64,000 bases of DNA from Octopus vulgaris (taxonomy: Eukaryota). Location: positions 102,920,001 through 102,984,000 of the forward strand of contig OX597814.1 in NCBI GenBank assembly GCA_951406725.2, in the 5' to 3' direction. Made by a program: the position numbers and the translations under genes. Below are positions 52,075 to 64,000 of this stretch, piece by piece; position 1 is the first letter of the stretch; the number at the start of each line of letters is the position of its first letter. The notes under the pieces are model-generated. The model was given only the letters and a program-made list of their open reading frames with translations. It was not told the DNA's origin and made no database searches.

Positions 52075-53918
52075 TATTCTGACCCATCAGGAATCACGGC
52101 TGAGATGCTTAAAATATCTGGCAGAGTAGGATATAGCCTAGCTACCCATATAGTTATTTGGTTTGTCCACGAGGGAGTCATACCCAATGATTGGTGTAGC
52201 AGCCAACTGCTACAAAAGCAAAGGTGATGCCTTAGACAGAAATAATTAGAGGTGTCAAATTGCTGGACCAGGTGACAAAATTCACAAAAAAAAGGTCATA
52301 GCTCAATATATTAAGAAGATAGTGTAGATGAGATGCAGTTCGGATTTGTGCCAGGCTGGAGCATGAGTGATGCTATATTCCTGGTTGGGCAACAACAGGA
52401 GAAATATTTAGTCAAAAATAAACCTCTGTACCTGGCTTTTGTCAACATAGAGAAAGCCTTTGACAGAGTCATCCTGCTCCCTTATTTGGTGAGCAATGTG
52501 GAAGATAGGGATAGTTGAGTGGTTAATGAGAGTGGTACAGGCCATGTCCAGGGATGCTGCCAGTAAGGTGAAGGTTGGCAACAAGTATAGCAATGAATCC
52601 AGTGTACAGCTAGGAATCCACCAAGGTTCAGTTCTCAGCCCCCTCCTGTTTACCCTAGACCTCCGGGCCTTAACAGAGGAATTCAAGACCAACTATCCCT
52701 AGAAGCTACTCTTTGCTGATGACCTCGTTCTTATAGCTGAATCACTACCTGACTTAGAGAAGAAATTTCAGGTGTGGAAACAAGGTCTAGAATCTAAGGT
52801 TCTTAGGGCTAATTTAGCAAAAACCAAAGTCCTGGTCAGTAGGAAAACTGACAACTCACAAGTCCCTTCAGAGAGATGGCCCTGCTCAATATGTAAGAAG
52901 AGTGTTGGGAGAAACTTCACACATTGTACTGAGTGCAAGCTTTGAACACAAAAGATGCAGCGATATCAAAGGAAAGTTATAGTCTATGTGTGTGGCAAAT
53001 GTGCAGGTATCACAAGCATACCGGCAGCTGATGGCTCGCAGACCAGCACCGGTCCATGAACCTCTACTTTGATCTAGGAGACCAAGTTACCAGTTGGGGA
53101 GGGAGTTCTGAAAGCGTAGTTGCTAGGATAAGAACAGGCTGGGCAAAGTTTAGAAAGTGTCTGCATTTCTTGGTAACTAAGGGCCTGTCCCTCAGAGTGA
53201 AAGGCAGATTGCATGATGCCTGTGTACATACATCTATGTTACATGGCAGTGAAACATGAGAATTGACTACAGAGGATTTGTGAAGGCTTGAAAGAAATGA
53301 AGCTAGCATGCTCTGCTGGATGGGCAATGTCAGTGTGCATGCACAACAGAGTGGAAATGATTTTAAGAGGAAAATTGGGTACAAGAGGCATCGGATGCTG
53401 TGGGCAAGAGAGAAGACTGTGCTGGTTTGGTCATGTGATGCATATGGACGAGGACAGCTGCATAAAGAAGTGCCGAGCTCTAATTGACAAGGATATCTGT
53501 GGAAGAGGCAGACCCAGGAAAATGTAGGACAAAGTGGTGAGAAAGGATCTTTGGGTGCTGGGCCTCACTGAAGAAAGGACGAGGGACTGGGAGATGTGGT
53601 GATTTGCTGTACTTGAGAAGACATGTCAAGCTAAGTAGAATCCCTGTCTTCCACATATACAGGCTGGCCCTTTCAGGTGCCGGCGCCACTTGAAAAGCAC
53701 CCATGCCGATGCTATGCAAATGCACCCGTGCTGATGTTGTGTAAACACACCCGTGCCAGTGAGACATAAAATGTACCCAACACACTGTTAAGTGGTTGGC
53801 ACTAAGAAGGACATCCAGCTATAGGAACCATGCCACAACAGACAGCTCACCCCATGCCAAACCATCCAACTTCATGCTAGCATGGAGACTGAATATTAAA
53901 CAATGATGATGATGATGT
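52075..53918 (+). mobile_element. RTE LINE 3' ~1.8 kb with tail (inverted RTE fragment at 51545-51990)
   Basis: QFGFVPG, AFVNIEKAFDRV, GIHQGSVLSPLLF, LFADDL, WPCSIC, GRGRPRK; (ATG)n tail. Confidence 0.9.
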
Positions 53919-54364
53919 ATCATTCTTCCCAGCTCCCCAATTTTGGAGGCCCAAGAATCATGGGCATTACCCATCCCTCCTGACAAAAGCTTTTTTTTTT
54001 ACCGTTTACAAATAAAATAAAATGACTAATATGAGGAGTCACAAAACCGTCTCCTACAAGAGATTGATTCAGTATCTTGTATCATAAAAGAGAAAAAGAA
54101 ACTAAAAATGAAATGGTTCGGTGGCTGAGTTTGTTGTCTCCAGGCAACAGACTGTAATTGACCTACACTGACCTGATTGATGAGAAACCTTAGCAGAGCC
54201 TATTAGTTACCAACTCACAGAAACTGGTATCGGTTCTAATCAGATGTTGGTTTATCATCTGCCCCAGAAGTTAGAAATAATGACCTTCTTCAACTTCAAC
54301 TTTGCTGGTCAAAAAAGTATATATTGCTATAAATTATGCCCTCATTTAATGTCGAGATTTGGTT

Positions 54365-54640
54365 TCAAAAAGATATTGAGATAAATGAATTGTGTCCACA
54401 CACTTTGTAAACAGAACGAATAGTAGATTCATCAAAACCAAACTCCTGAACCACAGCACCAAAACTTCCACCATCATATATTTCCTTAGTCATCTTCACC
54501 TTCTCCTGTGCAGAACATTCTTGCCTGAGATGTTTGTTAGGATCATGCACCTTCATATTGTTTCTCTTCACTGGTCTCATGTTGATGGGTATGAGTACAT
54601 AAAGCCATATAAAAAAAATACTGCAGTCATATAAACACAA
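54365..54640 (-). mobile_element. Tigger/pogo-like transposase N-terminal (CENP-B HTH) remnant
   Basis: RQECSAQEKVKMTKEIYDGGSFGAVVQEFGFDESTIRSVYK. Confidence 0.55.
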
Positions 54641-55867
54641 GCTACAGTCAGTGCATGCTGAGCGTTGTGAGTGGTCACTGAGGTGTGTCCAAGCAGAATC
54701 TTCAACTGATTGCTAATCTATGTTATCACATATCAATCCATGATAAGAGGTAGCATTATAGGCCCCCTGGGCAAATCGATACACTGGGCCCTATAGTATT
54801 TACTTACTGACAGCAAGCCACAGCAAACATAGTTCAGAATAGGGCCCCTGGGCAACTGCTTAGTGTGTTTATGCCTTAAGATGGCACTGTATGATAAGCG
54901 TAACATGGTTCACAATTAAGTGTACCGTGTTACCCTGGCACAGATGAACGAATCCATGATGGATGAAGCTATCAGACTTGCAGTTCTTGCTCTTACATCT
55001 TGCTGTGCCATACAAGTATAGTATAGGTCTATCTGCAAGAAATAGCAGCAGAATATCCCTCAAATCCCAAGCATCTTAAAAAGAGAAGTATGCACTGGGT
55101 AATATGGTCCTAGTTATATTAGTCTGCAAAAATATGATGAGGTGGTCACTGCTGGACCACTTTTGATTGTAGTTTGCTGAATGAAGACTGACTTGGAGCT
55201 AAATAGCAACATGTGACGTTGTTTGACAAACCCAATATTTTCAGGTTGTGTATAATTACTTCTTACCAAGCTTATTGCTGCTATATATAGGAACCTACCA
55301 TCACTGACTCACAGACACCACCATCACCACCTCTGCTCCCCAATATCCTCTCTTCACACAACCAGAGTAATTCTAGTGTCTAACATCACTCAGTGCCTTT
55401 CATACATTCTGTCTTCACTTCAACATTTCCCATCCAATGAACTGTCTCAACAGACTTCAAATCACTGCAGATTATTTTAACACTTTTGAATTTCACTTCA
55501 TAGAAACTTTCTTATGGAAAGACAAAGTTTGCTACTTACAGACAGCAGAACCTACCTTACCACTTCCTTCAAGCATGAATCACCATACTTATCTCTAGTA
55601 ATACAGACACTGTTCACTGTGTTATTTGTGGCAGAACTATTTGCTTCTGGTTGTGAGGTATCAAGGATCTTCAATTTTAGCCAGATTATGCTATTAGCCA
55701 CTCTAGTGCACATGAACTTTTGCTTGCCAGTCAATACCAAAGAACTTATTATTAATTTTTGGGACACACGGTAAGCTCAAGAACAAGAGTTTTCTGACAC
55801 GAGCTACTAACTAAACTTTACTTTTAGCTAATATTCAGCTTTATATCCCTTAACTGTTCAATGTATA

Positions 55868-56232
55868 GGTGCAGGAGTGGGTGTGTGGTTAGTAGCTTGC
55901 TTACCAACCACATGGTTCCAGGTTCAGTCCTATTTGATGACACCATGGACAAGTGTCTTCTACTATAGCCTCAGGCCAACCAGAGCCTTGAGTTGGTAGA
56001 TGGAAACTGAAAGAAGCCTGTTGTGTATGTGTGTGTGTGTCCCACCCAACATCGCTTGACAACCAATGCTGGTGTGTTTATGTCCCTGTAACTTAGCTGT
56101 TCGTCAAAAAGAGACCAATAGAATAAGTACGAGGCTTACAAAGAATAAGTCCTGGAATCAATTTGCTCGACTAATGGCAGTGCTCCAGGATGGCCACAGT
56201 AAAATGATTGAAACAAATAAAAGGGCAAAAGA
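55868..56232 (+). mobile_element. tRNA-derived SINE
   Basis: A/B-box-like head ggagtgggtgtgtggttagtagc...ggttcagtcc plus the family core. Confidence 0.85.
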
Positions 56233-58658
56233 ATAACTAAAAATTTAAGTGGTCAAGTACAAAACCATATGCCATTCTTATTTAATAAGACACACCATAA
56301 AGTCTGACCATGTCTTATTTCATAATAAGACACACCATAAAGTCTTAACAAGTCTTAATTCAAAGTCGACACTAGCTTTATAATTATTATTATTTTTTTT
56401 TTTTCACTCAGCCTGTAATTGCTATCAATGTTCCTTCTATTTCCCACGCCAGTGTATTCAGTTTCGTTATACAAGATATAAAGCAAACAGAAAGGAAGAG
56501 GCTGTCTACAATCACTTTGCTGAATGAATAGTAGTAACCAATGAAGTAGTGACAATAGTTTCAGCCTGAAGTAGAGGTCAGAAGCTTATTTAATCCCTGT
56601 TGAGGAATAAAAGTAAATAGATGCAGGTGTGGTGTGATTAATATTTCATTTGAAGTTTTGCAATTCAATACTTGAGGGGAAAAAACATTCCTGAAAAGAT
56701 ACTGCTCTAAAGAAGATTAATTCAGCATTGTATCTGAGAGGGTATAGGAATGTGAGGTAGTGAGGAGGTAAGTCATTAATTAGAGTATTGAAATAAAAGA
56801 CACGAAAGCGTGGGGTTGGGGGTGGGGGCACTGGATTTGTTACATTGGTAAAATCAAAATGTCAAGCAGGGTGTTGCGCAAAGTTAAGTATTTTTTGTCG
56901 ATAATCATCAATGAAATCATCTTTAATAAGAAATTAGGATTCTTATAAAAGAGTGCTCACTATACAATTAAATATTTAGCTCACGTTTTTACGTCCACTT
57001 TTTTCATGCTTGCATGGGTTAGACAAATACATTATCGAGGCAGTGTTTTACAACTGGATACTCTTCCTGTCATTAAACCTTACCTGTTTTTCAAGTAGGG
57101 GAGATCTTATTCCACACAGCTTTGAAAGCACAAAGTGGATGCAAACACACATATACAATGATCTTTTCAGATTTCGTGAGATTGAACAAATTTCTTAAGC
57201 ACACGGACACCCCCCCACCCCAACACACATTTGGTGATGCAAACAGGAAAATAGAATTCAAAACAATTATATTTATGTTTCTTTTTAAATCAGCAGAAGT
57301 TACAGAGGGCCAACAGTTTCATGCATTGGCACTTATCAAACTGGTTTCAAATGATGGGGGTTTGCATTCATATCTTTAAATTTTCTTTATCTGTTGATTA
57401 TTGAATGGCGTAATTGGTAAACCATTTGAAACATATGCATTATCCACATGACATTGTTTTTATAACATGTTTCAAAACAATTCATGGAAATACCTTATAA
57501 CCAGTATATAAATGCAAGCCCCATGATTTGGAACCAGTTTGAGAAGTGCCAATAAACAGAACTGTCGGCCCTTAAATCACTGTATCCTCTGCCAATTAAT
57601 AAAGAAAAACACACACATACACATTAAAATCTATTGATATAAATTTGTCATGGGCGATTCTTTCTTGTCTTGGGATTCACGGTCAAATGGATGGGTGGAA
57701 TTGTGTGAAAAATTACACAGATGTGTAGAATGATCCAGTGGTGATGCTGGGCTATGTTTTTCATAGCTCCCTTGGTTACCAAGATAATCTACTATAATAA
57801 TACTCATGTTTATGAATGAGAAAGGAAGGGATGATGTCATACTTAGTAGTGGGATGATGAAAATTGTACGATGAAAAAATAAATCAAACAGCGTTTCAAC
57901 TGTGCGAATATATGTGTGTGTATGTAAAAGAGGGAGTATGTGAATGTGTGTGCATGTGCACACAATGGAAGTGGGAAGGTTCATCTTTGTTTGCTTAGTA
58001 TTTGGGTTTATTTTTTTGATTTGGTTGAATCTTGCTTGTTTTTTCTTTTGTTGGTCAGATATTTTTAGCGTTTTGACAGAAAAAAAGTCATTCTAAAATT
58101 GTTTTTTAATGTAAGCATGTCCAAACAAGTTGAATACTTCCACTGAGCAGGTTTTACAGCCATATGTGGCAATCAATCGGTATTAGTAGACGACGTCATT
58201 CACTTTTCTTTTCAGCCTAGCCTCTATGTCAAGAGGGAACATTGTGTAGGTGAATGTCGTCTAGATTGCCTGCATATTTAAAATATGTTTTCTCTGGGAA
58301 AACTACTCCAGAGGAGACACTATATGGCCTCCACTTTGTTTGCGTCGGGGGATGGCCTGTTTGTAACCCATGACTTGCTCATATCGATCTCATGGTAGAT
58401 TGCAAGGATTCTCAGAACTCGATAACAAAATGGAACTAACAAACTGGAAGTTAGGTCAGTGAAGAGCAAGAATCTTAAACAATTTGACTACAAGCAACCA
58501 ATATCATGCTGCTTGAACAAAAACTTGTATAAGTGGACAGCTTTAAATACTTTAGATCCATATGGCAGCTCTGTAAAAAAGATAAGATTTGGCCTGATCT
58601 GGCGACATGACGAAGCTGATTGGAAAAAGCAGTTCTATCAGTTTTCCAATAAAGCTCA

Positions 58659-58995
58659 GGCGCAGGAGTTGCTGTGTGGTAAGTAGCTTGCTTACCAACC
58701 GCATGGTTCTGGGATTTGGTAGACGGAAACTGAAAGAATCCCGTCGTATATATATATGTATATATATGTGTGTGTGTGTGTATGTTTGTGTCTGTGTTTG
58801 TCCCCCCAATATCGCTTGACAACCGATGCTGGTGTGTTTACGTTCCCTGTAACTTAGCGGTTCGGCAAAAAGAGACCGACAGAATAAGTACCAGGCTTAC
58901 AAAGAATAAGTCCTTGGGTCGATTTGCTCGACTAAAGGCGGTGCTCCAGCAAGGCCGCAGTCAAATGATTGAAACAAGTAAAAGAGTTAAGAGAG
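58659..58995 (+). mobile_element. tRNA-derived SINE (internally deleted)
   Basis: ggcgcaggagttgctgtgtggtaagtagcttgc...gactaaaggcggtgctccagc...gaaacaagtaaaagag. Confidence 0.85.
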
Positions 58996-60430
58996 TACAA
59001 GTCTCTGGTAACGTTTTTCTTTTGGCGGGGTGTGTGTGATTATTGACCGTCTTATCGAAGATTAACTGTTTAGGATTGTCATCACACTGAGAGTGGAAGA
59101 GAGTTCTACGGAGACTGCAGAATGACCCTTAAAGAAAACACAAAACCATGATATTTACTTTAATTTCATGAAATATAAAGCGAATTTGAACAGCTCCTCC
59201 ATCATGCCCCATGTATTAATAAATCGTTTCATTCGTGAATTTCTTTTTATAATAAAACAAACCTTGAAAGTTTTAGTAACAATCAGGAAGTTGTTTTTCC
59301 TACCTTCATAGTCACAGACATTTAGCCCAGTTCGAACCAACCTATGAGCAAAGGTAGTTCAGAGGTGACCATCCCGCCTTTTAAGAAGTGTCAGTAGGTT
59401 GTGATATGCGAGAGAGATTTATAAACAATGAAATGTTATGCATTAAAATAAAGTAACACGTGGGAGGTGGAAATACTATCAAATAGGTCAATCTGATTAG
59501 TTATTCTATGAAGATTTTCATAATCCATGAAACTTCAATATATTAACAGAACATTTTCTAAATGTTCACCAGACAACTATATTAAAAACAAAAATAAAAA
59601 GGCAACAGGTGCCTTCAATCAGGTCAGGACTAATTAAATTGAAGAATGGTTCGGGAATGTTTAACAAGTTTCCTTTTGATCAAACTTTTGTTTTTAGATT
59701 CTATCTTGTCCTCAAACTTTACAACAACCAACCTGTGTTGTAAATTCTTTTTAACTACAAAAATAACCACCAACACCATAAGCTTTCAAATATTGCAGGT
59801 AAATATTGATATGTGGGGGAATTAGCTGCAAAAGCTAGGATAGAAATAATTAAAATTAAATTCAACTAAGATGGCTCAATTTTGACAAATTTTATCTCGC
59901 TATTGGGTTTCAGTCATAATAATATCTACTGTTAGGTGTAATTAAGTTTATGAATTTGTGTAGCAAGATTTGTGATGTGAAACCATGTGCTGAAACAGAT
60001 ATTGGTATATTTCGGGATAGTCATTTGTTGAGGGGATGGGCAAAAAAAGTAACCGTTCCGAAATATAAAACTATAACGTTTGTATGTTGTAGTAACTTGA
60101 TAAGATGCCGCAATTATAATTAAATTAGTGGTTGTACAAATAAGGAAAAGATGAATCAACTATTCTAAATTCAAGTCTATACCAATATTCTCCCTTCTTT
60201 TAATCTGTATCAGTTTAGGTTTAAATAAAATTGGAAGGAGTTAAATCGTCACTCGAGCAGCTAAAAATAGTGGCCAAATTTCTCTCAAATTACATGAAGG
60301 ACAAATTGGATAAAATATTCTGAGATGAAATGTTTGAAAATTATGGTCAGAGCGGACCAGCTGACACGGAGTTAAACAAAGATCCAACAGCAGTTTACCT
60401 TTAAGGTGAAGAAAATTGCTAAATACTTAC

Positions 60431-60829
60431 TTCATCGAGGTTTTTATCCAAATGTAAATATCTTGTAACAGATGTATCCGATTGTTCAGCAAGTGACTCG
60501 GCATCAGCATTTCCTTGTTCCAGGATGTTGGCAAAATTATCGACAAACCAAACCCAATGGTTTTTCCCTTCGATTCTCATCACTCCCGAAGTTTTATTGA
60601 GGCGTAAAGTGACCCCACTAACTGGCTTCAACTTGATAAGGTCTCCTTTCTCTCGATATGTCTCCTGTGGGTAGAATACTTTCAGAACATTCATCCACCA
60701 CTTTATGATATCTTTGTAGGTTGAAGTCACAACCAGATATTTACCCTTGTCGAAAAAATCCAATTCGTGGACTGTCGGTTGCGACCATATAGAAGCAAGT
60801 ATCGTTCGTCTTTCCTTCTTTGAAGACAT
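60431..60829 (-). CDS. First coding exon of the same uncharacterised gene
   Basis: ATG at 60829 lies 5 nt after the acceptor taaacag|GTGCT. 133 codons end LDE|gtaagt (phase 0), compatible with the 23188 acceptor. Confidence 0.8.
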
Positions 60830-60949
60830 AGCACCTGTTTAGGACCGAGAAAAATCACAATAAAATCTTCTGATTCTGTTATTGAATTAGAAAGTAGTAA
60901 CAATTTCAAACGAATCGATAGAAACGGATTGGGATTATAAGGAAAGATT

Positions 60950-61700
60950 TTCACGGGACGGAGGAAGTAGCAGTGTTCGTCTAATAAAACTATGGACTGA
61001 CAATGGAACCGATTCAACCTAATGTAATCAACACGAAAGTTAAAGCCATAGCATTCAACGAAGTCGAGTAAAACTTTACTTCTCGGTTGGCGGGAGGTTA
61101 CCTTCTTCAAAACTTTTTAAAAAGCTTTCGTCTCAGCTGTCATTACCTTCCACACCTGAACATATGTCTGTCAGTCCACCAATGATATTCGTAGCTGCAA
61201 CAGGTCACCCACCTTACTCTCTCTCTCTCTCTCTCTCTCTTTACAACTCCAGAAACTCAATCAATAAAAGCAAATATTCTTTTCGAAATCATAGCTTCTT
61301 ACTTTAACCGAATCAATATACATAAAAAGTTCGATACTTATTTAAAGCATAATAATGATTATTATTATTATTATTCATAATTAATATTATAATTAATTCT
61401 GTGAACCCTAGTAGCAGCAACAGTAAAAGGGGGACGTCTGTTGATGAAAGGTTTCCATAGAATGTGGATTAAAACGTTTGTACACACGCACGAGCGCACA
61501 CACGCACCTGACCTGGCCTAAAATTGTGTCACAACTTAATTACTAAGTCTACCTCTGTCTACGAGTAAAACTCGTGAAGCTGCATTCGACTTTCACCTAC
61601 TTTAATCGATAGACACCACGATGGAAAGGTTATTTCAATCGAGGGAACCTGAATAAATATGTTACTAATTGTGAAGTCACAGATTTATCGCTCAAACTGT
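60950..61700 (-). promoter_or_regulatory. Probable 5'UTR exon and promoter region of the minus-strand gene
   Basis: Visibly CpG-richer unique sequence. Minus-strand donor-like sites gaag|gtaacc (~61101) and gaag|gtaatg (~61146). Confidence 0.4.
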
Positions 61701-62207
61701 AACCGTCCCAACATTATCTCTAACACTTGTTGTGTTCCCTTTTAAGAACAAACGTAATTTAAGGTAGGTTTTGTTGCTATTTCTAGCAGTTGAACTACCA
61801 TATAAAGATTTCTTTGTTGAACACACAGGCATTGTGAGTTAACTTTGTGAGACTAAACTCGTTAACTTCTTCTTCTACTGCGCTGGACATTTCACAACAG
61901 TAAAAAACCGTATACCTCGCTATAATCAGCGTTCCTTTATTCTTTATTCTTATACCGTGGAAATTAGAAACAACGTTTTTCAGTTTGTACATTTAAAATT
62001 TTCCGATTTTTATTACCTTCCCAACATCTCGGAAAGCTATGAGCATTCCCTTCCTCGTCATATTAGCTAACACACACACATATTTACATATATATTAATT
62101 ACTGTAGAGGCATTGTTATGCTACCATAGTATACTTCCAAGGATATTAAAGGTTTCAAAAGTTAATACTGAGCCTCTGTGTGTGTGTGTAATATATATAT
62201 ATATATT

Positions 62208-62570
62208 TGTATTCGAGCTTTGGTGTTGGAGAAGACTTTTACGGACTCCATGGACAGCGAGGCTCACCGATGGAGAAGTTCTTAAGCAGATCAGGCCGAA
62301 AATGTCGCCAGAAGCTAGGATCACCAAGCATAGATTGGCATATTTCGGTCATGTTATGCGGAGAAAATCCCTGGAGAAGGACATCATGCTCGGAATGGTC
62401 AGTGGCAAGGGAGGAAGAGGCTGACCAAGAACCCGCTGGCTTGACACCATCAAGAGGGATACCGGAAAGGACATGGCCAATCTGAAAGAAGTGGCCCAGG
62501 ATAGAACTGACTGGAGGACACTGATCCAACGAGTAACCGAGAGTCAACTTCGACTGAGTGGATAGATAGA
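62208..62570 (+). mobile_element. RTE/BovB-like LINE 3' end with (GATA)n tail
   Basis: FELWCWRRLLRTPWTAR...YFGHVMRRKSLEKDIMLG..GRG*PRTRWLD...RVTESQLRL. Confidence 0.85.
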
Positions 62571-62609
62571 TTTCGGGACGGTCATTTTTTATTTATTTTG
62601 CCAAATAAA

Positions 62610-62893
62610 CATGTTTGTTCCTTCTCAAGCCACGCTTGGCTCATAGGGCCTGTTTCCTTGGTGTATAGGTTCCTCACCTGGACGGGACGCCGGTCCGTCG
62701 CAGGTGAGCTGCAAGATGCAGGAGGAAAGAGCGAGAGAAAGTTGTAGCGAAAGAGTCAGCAGAAATTCGCCATTTCCTCCCGATCATGCTGCCATCTTGC
62801 TCATAAGCACGCACATCGCCCGGTCTGAGATTCGAACCCGCGATCCCTCGACCGCGAGTCCGCTGCTCTAACCACTAAGCCATGTGCCTCCAC
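62610..62893 (-). mobile_element. tRNA-derived SINE with 11-bp TSD
   Basis: Head tggcttagtggttagagcagcggactcgcgg...ggttcgaatc; V-domain-like cctgcgacggaccggcgtcccgtccagg; TSD tgccaaataaa at 62599-62609 and 62894-62904. Confidence 0.9.
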
Positions 62894-62959
62894 TGCCAAA
62901 TAAAAACTATATATTCGTTCTTCACTTTTATTACTGTTCTTATTCTAATTCGTGTCCCT

Positions 62960-63004
62960 TGTCCGGAAATCTTTCGTCACACATCTGTGACCTCCTCAGC
63001 GACA
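62960..63004 (-). ncRNA. Minimal type I hammerhead motif (left arm of inverted repeat)
   Basis: TGTCG-CTGAGGA-G-GTCACA(GATG)TGTGAC-GAAA-GATTTC-CGGACA. Confidence 0.7.
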
Positions 63005-63064
63005 TTTTCTTTTTTTTGTATGTGCTCTTCGTACGAAGAACAGAATGGAATAAGTAGACGGAAA

Positions 63065-63111
63065 GTGTCGCTGAGGGTGTTACAGGTGTGTGACGAAAGA
63101 TTTCCGGACAC
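63065..63111 (+). ncRNA. Hammerhead motif with core variant (right arm of inverted repeat)
   Basis: GTGTCG-CTGAGGG-T-GTTACA(GGTG)TGTGAC-GAAA-GATTTC-CGGACAC; A9 is replaced by G. Confidence 0.55.
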
Positions 63112-63210
63112 GGGACATGAGTTAATATAGGAACAGTAATTAACGAGTGAAGAACGAATATATAGTGCATGTGTGTATTTGGCGGAAAAAGAAAATGACC
63201 GTCCCGAAAT

Positions 63211-64000
63211 AGAAGTCCTAATAAGTAGGAGGGCAGGCAAACCACAAATCCCTTCAGGTAAATGGCCCTGCTCGATCTGTAGAAAGGGCGTAGGTAGAAA
63301 CTCTATAAGATGTACCCAGTGTAAGCTATGGACACATAAGAGGTGCAGCAATATCAAAGGAAGGCTAACTAGGAAGATAGTTTTTGTAAGTAGCAGATGC
63401 TCAAGAGCAATAAACACTGAAACTGTGCAGAGAACAACTTCCGCCACATTCCAGGGAATGAAGCCAGCATGATTCAGTGGATGTGTAATGCCAGTGTGCA
63501 TACTCGACAGAGTGGAAGTACGTTGAGAGAAAAGTTGGGCCTAAGAAGCATCAAATGTGGTGAGCAAGAGAGATGACTGCGCTGGTATGGTCGTGTGGCA
63601 AGAATGGATGAGGATAGCTGTGTGAAAAAGTACCACACCCTAGCGATTGAGGGAACCTGTGGAAGAGGTAGACCCAGGAAGACCTGGGATGAAGTGGTGA
63701 AGTACGACCTTCGAACTTTAGGCCTCACCAAGGAAATGACTAGTGACCGAGACTTTTGGAAATATGCTGTGCTTGAGAAGACCCGGCAAGCCAAATGAGA
63801 CCATAACCTCGTGGCCTATGCCAGAAGCGTAACCAGCCCACTTATGCGTACCTTTTCCTTCTTTGGACACTAAACTCTGCTTGCGAAGACCTATTGAGGC
63901 AAGTGAAATCAAAATCAAACTGAATGACTGGCATCCGTGCTAGCGAGGTGCAAAGAGCACCATACAAGTGTGATCGTTGACAGAGCGGCTAACCAGCTTC
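63211..64000 (+). mobile_element. RTE LINE 3' part (runs off the window)
   Basis: KWPCSICRKGVGRNSIRCTQCKLWTHKRCS and GRGRPRKTWDEVVKYDLRTLGL; 3'UTR homologous to 12220-12420. Confidence 0.9.

Noticed and set aside
62820-62893. tRNA gene
   Set aside because: It is the head of a TSD-flanked SINE and lacks a proper acceptor stem; the same applies to 55870, 58660 and 15400.

Overview
Eukaryotic, AT-rich, repeat-dense genomic DNA. The SINE/RTE repertoire looks like Octopus (cephalopod); this is recognised from memory and not searched. There are two convergent host genes. (1) The last four coding exons of a B-Raf/Raf kinase (+, 1135-3825), with exon sizes matching human BRAF exons 15-17, a probable U12-type intron acceptor and an Ala at the S602-equivalent site. 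(2) An uncharacterised ~314-aa protein (-), built from two phase-0 coding exons (60829-60431 and 23188-22643) across a ~37-kb intron; its C-terminal half looks like a catalytically degenerate PLD/HKD-fold domain. The rest is transposon debris: a young 5'-truncated CR1-group LINE that splits a SINE, many RTE LINE fragments, tRNA-derived SINEs, and mariner, hAT, Chapaev3, Tigger, Helitron and Penelope remnants. The most interesting non-gene signals are RNA-structural: a foldback element with a hammerhead ribozyme motif in each inverted arm (62570-63210), further Penelope-associated hammerheads (28204-28249; degenerate at 15267-15307 behind a tRNA-like head), and copy-number-variable arrays of a hairpin+pseudoknot unit in RTE 3' tails. 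A stop-free octapeptide-repeat ORF also lies at 31275-31904.
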